From Phoronis australis (Eukaryota; Animalia; Phoronida), in the NCBI GenBank assembly GCA_002633005.1, contig NMRA01000488.1, positions 232,878-296,877 on the forward strand: a stretch of 64,000 bases of DNA, given 5' to 3'. Of this stretch, positions 1 to 11,600 are shown piece by piece. The notes beneath the pieces were generated by a model that was given only the letters and a program-made list of their open reading frames with translations, made no database searches and had not been told where the DNA came from. Each line of letters opens with the position of its first letter. The stretch's first letter is position 1. Made by a program: the position numbers and the translations under genes.

Positions 1-227
1 GCATTGAAAAACCAGGTACGTTATTGTCTGGACAGTGTGATGACAAATCCATCAACCGCAATGACTAAATAACTCTCATTAGCACATTAATTGAAAAGAA
101 ATACGGGATGTGTGGGAGAAATCACAGAACAAAAAGCCATTAAGGGCACATTATATATTTTCATCAGACTTAACAGTATTCTGGATTATAAAATAGCAAT
201 GCCACTGTTTAACTTGCTGTTGAGGTG

Positions 228-765
228 CCTAAAAACAAAAATCAAATTACGGTAAAATTCACCAATTTGGGACAGCCTCTAGAATTTGGGACAGTCTCTA
301 GAATTTGGGACAGTCTCTAGAATTTGGAACACGGAAACTCCCAGAAAAATTGAATTTTCTTGATTCTTGTATTTGGGATAAGGGCAACTTTGGCATTCAC
401 CGTATTTCTTAAGTTCCGGATGTGTTTCCAATCAGCAGAGTGTGTAATTTTGATTCTTTATTTTGAGACGGCCAATATTGCCTAGTTTTAGAATTTGGGA
501 CAAGCTCAGATCTTGAGCTAAATAATTAATTTTCCACTGTCTCAATATTGGAGAATTTTTACCATTGATAGGTCTCTCACCTCATAAAATCGGTCTCGTA
601 ATATTCCTAACCAGGAATCAATTTCCATTGCCAACCAAAACATTAATACTTGTGATGAGATGGTAACCAAAACAGAACGTTATCATGATGATGAATCATG
701 ATGATGAATATTACGAGACTGATTTTATGGGAGTAAAGGACCAATTAAATTATTTTGTTTTTAGC
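228..765. mobile_element. Palindromic MITE family B, interrupted by a family A insertion
   Basis: Inverted CATAAAATCGGTCTCGTAATATTC / GAATATTACGAGACTGATTTTATG, with outer CTAAAAACAAAA / TTTTGTTTTTAG. A related uninterrupted copy lies at ~43955-44180. Confidence 0.6.
248..565. mobile_element. MITE family A (Tc1/mariner-pogo-like TA ends), with an internal 19-bp triplication
   Basis: TIR TACGGTAAAATTC.CCAATTTGGGACAG ... CTGTC.CAA.ATTGGAGAATTTTTACC. Related copies lie at 6489-6771, 19480-19758 and 26718-26996. Confidence 0.8.
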
Positions 766-880
766 TACAGTGGGCGAACAGGGCGAAATTCAGCTTTAAG
801 ATATACAAGGGAAGATAACTACTTCAGATATCTATATCTATGTTAGAAGCTGGATGTTTGGATCTAACACATCTATACCA

Positions 881-1301
881 AGTCCCGTCCATACACAGCC
901 TACCCTAGAACAATGCGCACTAGTGCAACTTACCCCACTTTTGAGTGCAGCCTCCACACACACACATATATCTGATATCTAGGGTAAGGCAGGAGTTGTT
1001 GCTGTGTGTGTGTGTGCGTGCGTGCGTGTGTGACAATGAATACGGCGTGTCTGAGAAAACCAGTCTATATGTAACCGCAGCTGATTATTACTCCCACCCT
1101 ACCCCACTTTTGCGGCCACACAGCGATTACAAGTGGCGCAAGTTATCCTAAAACAAGTTACCCCACCTGGATAATGTGGAGTAAGTTATCACGAGTGAGG
1201 GAGGTTACGTTAGTTTAAATAGCGTCCAGGCAGCACTCAAACCTAGCGACGATTCGTTCCAGGAGTAATTGTTCTAAGGTAAGTCTGTGTGTAGACTGCA
1301 C
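881..1301. mobile_element. ~400-bp MITE-like element containing a (GT)n/(GTGC)n tract
   Basis: Imperfect TIR TACACAG.CTACCCTAGAACAAT / ATTGTTCTAAGGTAAGTCTGTGTGTA. Confidence 0.5.
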
Positions 1302-1390
1302 TTAAGATTCCGTGAGTTCCCTTAGAAAAGGTTCAGTAGCAAGGGCAAGTCAGTAAATGCAACGGGCTATTTGCTGGCTCTAGAATTGCC

Positions 1391-1455
1391 TCAGTCCGAG
1401 TGGTCATCTTCAGGCATAGTTTGGTATAGGTGTTCTTTTGGGTATTGTGTAGAGG
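1391..1455 (-). CDS. Candidate terminal coding exon of the EH-domain gene (STQYPKEHLYQTMPEDDHSD*)
   Basis: Acceptor ttttacgtatag followed by 20 sense codons and TGA. It needs a phase-1 upstream exon (candidate near 2110-2148), so the link is unproven. Confidence 0.3.
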
Positions 1456-1738
1456 CTATACGTAAAAGTATGTAGTAACCATACCTTTACCTTTTTAACG
1501 GACAAGAGAATGTTCCATGGTCTCTGCAGCTTGTATCTGGATTGTCCTTTTACCAAATTACCAAGGTTACACAGACTATCATTCACCATTTGGTATCATT
1601 TCAAATACAGTAGTTTTCATATTAAAATGGACAACCTCGAAGTTCGACAAAGTTTCTACTTACAAAACTGCAACTAAATATCCATTTCTTTTCAAAATAT
1701 CCTATTTTTGATACTGCCTCGAGAAAAAGTAGAATATT

Positions 1739-2003
1739 TTAAAGGGAACTCCTAAAAGCATTTTGAGAACAGTGCATAACCCCTAAAATGTAAATCTGAT
1801 CACGAACTTCTGAAATATCATGTTCCAAAGTTGGCCAAAACTGTACATTTTTCTAGGGTCGTACAAAAACGTAAACTGATTTATAGTTCATTAATCTGAT
1901 TTTCAATGTTAATCAGATCTTTAGATCAGAGCATTTCCAACACGTTTTCTTTACGACATGTTTTGTTAAACACGACATTTCGTTTGCACTCAAACAGCCT
2001 TTA
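1739..2003. mobile_element. Kolobok-like MITE
   Basis: Bounded by TTAA|AGG ... CCT|TTAA, the Kolobok-type end and target-site pattern. The TIR is short, so support is modest. Confidence 0.35.
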
Positions 2004-2682
2004 ATGGAAAGACTCCAAAGCAACACAGTTACTGTAAACAGAAAATGGTCTCTTTCACAAGCTAAATGATATTAGACTACTTGTCGACCTTTGTCACTGA
2101 AGTCATTTTACTCTTCAATACTGTCCATGAATGTATAATTTCTGAATCCTATAAAATCTTGATTGATGCCTTAAATGACAGGTAGTTGTGTATAACTAGA
2201 GTGTGCTGTCATTTTTGTGACAAGTCATTTTTTGTCTTGAACATGAATTTTTAACAACATAGACATCAAACATCAAATGGGACCATTTTAAAATACATGT
2301 CGCAAGTCATATTTACAGCTGCAGTGATCGCAGTCGTTTGAAAGCAAAAAAAAAAAACATCTGAAAAATGAGTCTGTGGGCCATACATCAAAAAACGAGT
2401 GAGGAAAATTCTGTGAGAATCAACACATTAATTAGCGAGGAACCGTCGTTCAAAACTGATAAAAGTGTCAGAAATCAAAAAGCCTGAAGAACAACGATGA
2501 AGTTTTGCCATTAAATAAAAATCAGTTGAAGTCGGCCCTAACAAAAACCACACTAGGGCCAAAAACAACGTATCTAAAAATGTTACGAGTAACAAACATA
2601 AAATTTTATAGCGTGAATATTGGATTATTTTACGAAGGTTGACTAACGTCTGCCGATGAGTCAGTGTAATAGATGCACTAAC

Positions 2683-5600
2683 CTCGCTAAGCGACGCGAT
2701 GTAATTATCTAACGTGTCAATATCACGCTTCAGTTCTGCTTCCTCTGCATGTAGCAGACGAATTTCCTCCTTCACGCTTTCCGAGTTACACCTGTAAAAA
2801 CACATATCTCTGGTTCACATCGGTGGCTAAAATGCTAGCGTTGCGCAAGTTGTCTACAAGGGGTCATTTTAGCCAACAAGTAGTTTGTTTCCTCTCCGTT
2901 TGAGTCACTTCTAAACCAACATTTACGACAAACCATGTTCACTCTCTACCATCACAAAGCCGTTTACCCGTGTGCGTGTGTATACTTTGAAGTAAGCAGC
3001 ACGGCAACAAAAAGACAGTGAAAGGACCATAAGTTTTGAGGTAACAGAAACCCTTTAGCAAAGCGCTAGCAAAAGTGACCCTCGCAACTGTTCACATGAC
3101 TGACATGTTCGCTACTAGCAAGAGCGCCAACATTTTAGCCAGTTCATAAACGGGATTATAGACACATATCAGACGATGAAATTCAATAATAAGAACCAGA
3201 TTACACAAATCCAAGCTTAAACATTAGCACAGTCACAGTATTTAAGTTCACAACAAATTGTAAGCTTTCAGTTTTGAACTACTCATAGAGCAAGTGTTCG
3301 TCAATCAAAATTGGCAATCAGTAGTACGATTCAACAGTCCTTGAATAAGCTTGAGCACAGAAGATTCATCGGGCTTTCTGAATATTCAACAAATCAAGCT
3401 TGTAAACCAAGCTCATATAAAGTCAACAGTAACTTCACAGGTCCAGCAAAACAATTTATAATTTTGGTGATACTCAAAGTGTTAAAACTACTAATTTTAC
3501 CACTGAATGATGAAGGTTTGAGGTCAAAATCACACTAAAAACGTGAATATCCCACTGATAATAGAACACTAGGATATGAAAACTACACAATGTTATTCCA
3601 TTCAAATATACAGTATAATACACAATGCAGTCTCATGAGACGTCATAAAAAATGCATGGAAAATTCAAAGAGAAAACAGTTCTCCATAACTCATCACAGT
3701 AACAACAAGGAGGCTTACTCGTTTGAATAGAGTTTGATAACCTGGGAGATTACTTATTTCTTAAGCAACTAGACTTTAGGGACCATTTATTTTATTCCAA
3801 GATTTAGCACGGGTATTAACTCCCCATGGTATACAGACACAGACTTTCAAATATTCATCAACTTCGTAATTCCCATTGAACTCGGGAGTTTCTACGGAGC
3901 AGAACACTGCCGATGACTCATTTCATCGTTTACCAAACTGCAGCATAAATAAAATGCAGAGGTTCTCCACATATTTTTGAACAACAGTACGCTCACCATG
4001 AACTTTCCGGCACCTGCAGAGCCACACAGCAAGTGTACAAATTACTCCACAGGACATTAGGTTTTCCACAAGCTTCTACATTAAAATTCAACACACCAGT
4101 GAAGGTGACTTTTAAGTATGGAGCTGGGTGCGTTTTAATATTATTTGCCCATCAATTACCAATCAACAGTAACACACACACACTGCAAATACATTAAGCT
4201 AAAGAGGTGATGTTTTATTGTTTTGTGACCCTGTTTTCAATAAAAACACAATCACGGTAAGCTGGTGTGTTTGTAGTCTAAGGGTAGAGCACAGTTAAAG
4301 GTGCCTTTCATACAAACTGAATGAATACATACAATAGGAAATACAGCTTGCCTGCTGAATAGTACGTCATAGATTTGAAGCAGGATCTGCAAAGCTAGTA
4401 AAATGAAAAAAAAGTGTGGAAGACCGCAATCCCAATCATTCATAAAGATTCACATTTACCAATGTTTTCCGTTACGACAAGTAACTCAAATATATGAAAT
4501 TCGACATTGTTTTGGAGCTATGCATTCCAGCAAAATCACTTTGTCACCACGAAAATTAGAGTATAATCTACTTACGCTCCGAAGCTATTCAAAGTCATAA
4601 ACAGAAAATTAATACACTACAAAGTTCAAGAACCCTTTCTTTCGCGGATACAGAGTGCAACTGACTGAAAAACAAGACCTCAATTAAGTGATAAAATATC
4701 ACAGGTAACTCTGTATGTTGCCATAGCAACCTTAGGCAGTTATTGAAATAGAACTTCTATAAGGATGTTTAGTGATCATGTGTCTGGCACTCTTATGACA
4801 GGAATTGGATCCACAAAGAGTAAAAGAAATGCAGTCACGCCACGTTGTAATAATTTCACAGGTCTTGGATATTTCCCCAATCAGGTAACAACAGTGGCAT
4901 CTTAGCACTTGAAACTTTCACTAAGTTTTGCTTTGGATTGACCGGTGTATGGCAGCAAAGTTACACCCACTGTAAGTGCCCAATGAAGTCAAAAAGAATG
5001 AAGATTGACCAGGTTCAAAGCCTAAGGTAGCAGTTTTCAATGTGGTTTGAAATTTAAAGCACTACATAAAATCTGGTCAAATTCAAAACAAGTCAACGGA
5101 TAACTACAGAGCAGAACATAACTGAAACAACAGAGCCCCCAGCATCAACTGCAAAGTATTTAAGAATTTGTCATGTATCATTCATTTTGTGTTGATAAGA
5201 GTAGTGCAAGATATCAAAAATCTACCTTTGACTGGACACGTCTTCACAATCGATGTTTCCTGAGACTTCGTTCTGAAATAAAAACGAAGGAGTACACATA
5301 AGAAAGCAATTAAGACATTCTCAAAATGCATTTCGCTGACAACGCACTTAATTTGCAAAATGCCGTGTGATTTAAACACAACAGGATAAAGAAATCTTGT
5401 ATGAAAGGGCCACATTACAGGGGAACATTTTATTTGAAGGCGCATTTCATCAATTCATCACACTTTACTTACTCCAAATCGTATTTGGAATGTTTCATTC
5501 AATTTTTTAACACAAAATTCATAACAACAATTCTACAAATCAGATGTGCAATGGAATACGTGGCAGTGTGAAAAACTGTGTGTCTGATCGGCTTAATTTT

Positions 5601-8600
5601 TGTTGTATTAGTTTTATTTATTTACTTACATGTGGCACCACAGCTCAAGTCAAATGGTAAATTGTTATGTAACAGGGCCTGGACTGAAAATTGTCAAGCT
5701 TCTCCGCCAATGAGCAGTTATTAAAAGCGAAAGGTGAGAGAACAGAGCATATCCGGACCAGCTGACATTTTCGGAATTCGCTCATTACGTCAGACTTCTG
5801 GTATAAAGAATTGTTATTTTTACTAGTTTAATTATTGTAGAAAATGTTCAAACTGCCTTTATGCCAAATTGACCAAAAATGTCTTCGAAAATAGGCAGCG
5901 TTCCCCTTTGATCAGATAGTTGTGTCACAGACGTCACACAGTTAGCGTAATAATTCCTTGTTATTGTACATCAAAGGAAATCTTTCAAATACATATGGAT
6001 GAGAAGAACTTAATGGTCGATCATTTTACTTCACCCAAGACTTCCACAGACTCGTATTGCTTTACAAATTTCCAGGCAATGTATCAATCTACATTGAAGA
6101 ACAAGGTACCAAACTCAAACATTTTTGTGTGTACTCCGATGAAAACACAATGCAAATAGATTAGTTAGTAACTAAATAAATAGTATAAACAGTGTCAGTG
6201 AAACATATTCATAGATATTCCTGATTTAGTCAGTGACAGGTGTCGCCCACTTCAAGAACCAGTATGATGCCCGGTATTCAGAGCAAAAACAGATTCTCAA
6301 AATGCAAGTGACTTCTCCCAGCATTCCAATGATCCAGGTAACATCACCCTTAGTCAAAGCCTATTATTACATAAGTGAAGAACTTCTCAAGAGCATTAGG
6401 ATATTTCAAGATATTACAAACTGTTTACTCATCTTATCCCCAGTGTTTGCTTCATGATTATTTTCATAATAAAACATTTATAGAATGCTACGATAAAAAT
6501 TCTCTAATTCAGGACAGTCTCTAGCTTTTGGAACATGGAAACTAATGCAAAATTTGAATTATTTTGATTCTGGAATTTGGGACAAGGGCGATTTTGACAT
6601 TCATCATATTTTCAAATGTCAGACAATGTGTTTTTAATCTACAGTGAAATTAATTTTGCCATCTCTCTGGTGATCCTTCAATTTGGGACAGCGAATATTT
6701 GCTATTTCTAGAATTTGGGACAAGCTCCAACTTTGAGCAAAATAATTATTTTTCACTAGAATTTTACTGTACGTTTCTTCCTCGTAGTCCTCTGAGGAAA
6801 CATAAGTTATTCACCAACCTAAAAATAACAAGCTGGCAAAAAATTCTACCCTTTATTACCTAAGTCATTTAATAGCTTTTTATCAGAGCTGAAAAAAGAC
6901 TATCAGTCCCTCAATTCAGCTGTTTATATGCATGGATTAGTGATGGTTCCTTGACTTCCTAAATCTGAAAGCCTAAGACATTTCCAACATTCATATTATT
7001 TTGTTGTCCATTTGCAATTCAAACGAAGATATATTGCAAGGAATTACGATTTTTCACGAACAAATTTCTCGTCAAAAACTACAGCAAACTGGGAAATTTT
7101 ACATTTTGTATTAGCATGAATTATATATTAATACATAATCATGCGACTTAACAACATATGTTTGAGCCTATGTATATTACTCGGTTCCATTTACGTGATG
7201 AAAATACTAAGTTAAGATCCCTTATAGAACCAAAGAACCATACCATGATGTGGTATGTGTACAGCCATTTTGTCCATATCTCACGGACTTGATTCACCAC
7301 TGAGTGTGCCCTCTGTCGTTGCAGAATAAAACAATAAAAACAGTACCGGGATTCTCTAATGGGGGGACTTAGATCTCAATTGCTTCTCGTACTCTGCGCT
7401 TCCACTTCTCTGGGTATAGACAAGTCTGTGAGATATGGACGAAACGGCTGTACAATTACCACGTCAAGGTACGATTATTTGGTTCCAAAAGGGATCTTAA
7501 CTTAGTATTTTCATATGCTAAGCGTTTGCTGCGATGCAATCAGACTTTGAAAAGTGAAGATTTTGGTACATATTTTAGCACAACCATACTGTATAACATC
7601 CTGTGCGAGTATCGACAAGCGCTGTTTTTAATGCATACATCATTTGGTAAAAAGCAAAAAAGTTAAGTTGAGGCTCCCAAAAATTCTACCTTCAGTACAT
7701 CTTCAAGTACGGGTCATAAGTCAAACTTTCGTACTATTGCTAAATATTTTAACTCTTTATTGGGAAAGAGTTACCTCATGCTGCTCTTGTAATTGCTCAA
7801 CTAAGATTGATAATCAATGAAGAATAAATCAAAGTAATAATGCAACCAGCACAAGTGAGGGGTACCCTTGTTAATCAAATACCTTTTACTAATACATTAC
7901 CATTCACAAATTACATCTTGAATTCATCGTGCGGAAACAAAACAGTGCCAAATATGACAGTGAAACTTTTTCTACCACAAAAGAAACGTTTATAACAAAC
8001 CTGCTTCACTACACTGGCATCTCTGTGTGTATTCCTGGTAATAGTGACGTTTACAAGTGCATAAAACCCTCGATAAGGTCAATAATTTATATTCAACATA
8101 TGTCCCGTGATGTACAAAAAGTGAATCTGCAGATTCATCACCAACTGCAATGACAGACTGTCTCCCAGTGTGTAAGAACTGATGTAGACAATGTCAACAC
8201 TGGCAGGATAGGTAGTAAGGTAATATGCGTGTAACATGTGAAGCCTATAAATCAATAAATCGTGCTGTGTCATGTGCAAAATCTAACCATGCATAGACAA
8301 AGAAGCCACGTTATCTGCCATAAGTAGTAAAATCATCTTGCTGAAATCTATATTAAGACTAGAATCATGTTAGCTAGATAAAAATAATTTTGCATTCCAC
8401 ATAACTGAATTAATCTACTCACAACTTTCCTACCTTGGTAATGACAACCAATTCAGTCCCTAATAGGATGAGTATTGAACACTACCGTATACTTAAGTTC
8501 GCCATCACAAGCAACCGACAACAGTTACTCCAAGTCAGACGACGGTGTAATAATGTGCCCAGCAGAATTCAACCCAACATCATGCAAGACGCATAATAGA

Positions 8601-11600
8601 AACAAGTAAAAGACCTCTTGAAAAATAACCAACCAGATTGAGAATTTTGTCCTTAACTGGCTAACATCAATTGCTGTTAGAAACCTGCATGGGGTCTGTA
8701 ACAACTAATGTGGGTTTCCATACGTGGATCTAATGAACCTTATGCAAACTGGGCATCACAAGCACCAAGGGTAATCATGTCCAGCATTAATTTGTTGCAC
8801 AAAGGCTAACCAGCACTAGTGGTCAATTACGCAACATCTCGCCGACAATATTGCTTTCCGTCCACAGAATGACAAGTTGGGTGAAGCCAACTTACTCAGC
8901 ATGGGTTCTATTACGAGAAGAGTGACTTAAGACTTAAGTATGTTTCTCACGTGACCTGGAATGTGTTACGACATTACTGGTTAGTAACGCAGAGTATGAA
9001 ATTTTTTGATATTACATGGGTGAATCACAAAGTAGTGCAAAGTAGAAATCCATACGCCTTACATTTTATCACGTGCAAAACACTAATACCAACATCCAAA
9101 CATGCGCCAACTGAACAATGCAGGAATTTCATCAATGTGACAAGGTTATGATTGATAAATCGATTGTCGCAAATGAACATACTCCCAGTTGAACGGACAT
9201 GCAAACAAATTCTTAAATGGACCAATCTTTGACACCGAATTCCATATCCACATTCATTTAAACGGAGATGAACCCCAATTCAAAAGAAATGCGCTGAGAC
9301 TGTCCAGCTGTGCTGTCTCAAGGTCAATTCTGTGATCACGTGCAGGGAAGCCTTTGCTGACTGTTATTTATAAACAATTTCAACTTCAAAGACTTAGATT
9401 CTAACTTGAACACTTGCTACCAAGGCTGAATGCAATTTACAATAATTGTTAAGTTTGAAATAAAACTATTAACTAAAAGTAACTTTGTTTACTTTACATG
9501 GCACAAGTATGTTTTTACAAAAGTTGTGTCACGCGGTTAAAGTTTTATACAACTCGAGTTTTTCGGCAAAAAATATCGTGTTTACGGCTCATGTGAAAAA
9601 ACAAATCCCACACTTGTCTCGGGTTTATGACATGAGCAAGACCTCTTGGGAAATTTTGTCAAAATCCCTCGCCAAGTCTCAGTATTTTGACGAAATTTCC
9701 AAGAGGTTTTGCTCACAATTCTTTATGTATTTTACATATCACGAAACTGCTAAACATATTGACGGCATGAGCAAATGTGCCTATATAAATTGTTTGTTAA
9801 AGTACTTTGGCCAGGCTGCTTTCATACAAACAAATGTAATAAAACTTTTAAGTATATATGTTAGTTTGTATCACAGTTAGAAAATTTGTCTTACACCCAC
9901 ACAACTCTTTCTGTAAAATAATTGAAGTCCCAAGTCTCTGAGAATAATTGCTAGTTACTAGGATAATTTCCTTAAATGTTTCCAGACTGTACCACCCTGG
10001 TAATTGCTCGGCGAAATCACTTTTCCACAATAGTGAAGAGGAAACACAAGAACAACTTTCTGTCTTAGGAGGTCACTTTCATAAAAAAGGTCCCTGGTCT
10101 CAAATACAACTCACCGATTTTCGCTCTTGTCTGCCAAACACTCACTGAAATCGAGGCCTACCAGTTTAATGTTTTTAAAACACTCTGCCATTTACTTGGC
10201 GGGATTTAGCTATGGCAGTAGGGCACTTAACCACAACCACATGGGTTGCAGGTTCGATTCCGCACCGAGACCGATCTCAAAAAATCACTTTTCTCACCAA
10301 AAATGTCTATTATACATTTTCTCTTGACAGAAGGTAGGTTTATAATACCTTGTTTGATTTCACATAAAACAATGAATAGCGTTGCAGCAGATATGAATTC
10401 GACAAGAAAAATCCATAGTAATTGTGTACCCAACAACAGAATAATGTAAAATTAGAAAAAAAATCAATGTTGCATAATTAGTTGAATTGCGCAATCAATG
10501 CCTTCAAACTTTAAAGTATATGACAACATGTCAGTCTATGAATTTGTTGCTAATACCCGTCTCACAACAATGAAACAGGTTTGCAGCTTAAAAGCAAAAT
10601 AACACACAACATAAAATTGGGTAATGGCTTTGTTTTTTCAAAGATTTAAGATGACATTGGTATAGTAAGAGGATAAGACGACCAATGCAACATGCCGGAG
10701 AATTATTACATTTAAAAGGGGACTGTAGTCAAAATAATGTTGCGATTAATCGGTTCTAACATACAAATAAAACTCACATTTGCCTGACTTGCGAGCCAAA
10801 CAAAAGCCAATTCGTATTCATGGTCAAAACACTAAATCCTGAAAGCGATCGTTGATTGGCTGATGTGTCAGTGACGTGAATGGCGGGGTATCGGCTGCTT
10901 TACACATTCATTGCTTATGTCATATTTGAAGAGTTTACATCGTAATTTATCATTGTATCAATCGTCCTTAATTTTTATTGTTTGCCACAGTGCTGTAAAA
11001 GGTTCGCTATGCCTTGTTGTATGGCTGTATGACACCGGGTTGCTCAAACTCTTCGAAAAAGGTGTCTTCTAAAGGGATGGTAATCCCATACCATCGCCGG
11101 GTTACCCAAGCCTTGGCCCAAGCTGTATACTAAATATAGGCCTACAGGTTTGAGTCGATATGGGTAAAAAATTGACAAATAAATCCTGACTAAAAATTAA
11201 TGCCATTAAAACTAATCTCATCCATGAGTAAACCTATTAACCAGGTTCCTAGAGTAAACTAACTTTAGTATTCACCGGTGTTGGAAAAGTTAGCGATCGT
11301 TCATCGGCTGCTGCTAAAATTATGTGTTCTCTTGAGTCGGCTTTTTGCGGTTATGTCACCTGACCTTTACCAGTTTCTTTTCCACCCGATTCTTTTATTA
11401 AGTGTTCGTCGTTGCCAGTACCTAGGTTGCATACAAGTTACTTGTTTCATTTTGTTACAAGTTTTTAGTATTTTTTTACCAGCAAACCGAATTTCAGAAC
11501 AATCTTGGTGCTGCGAAGCTGTCATCATGTCCGGGCAAGACGCCTCAAATTTTAGGAAATGGCGCGTGCGCCATGTCACGAGCGTGCTGTTTTTGAACCG

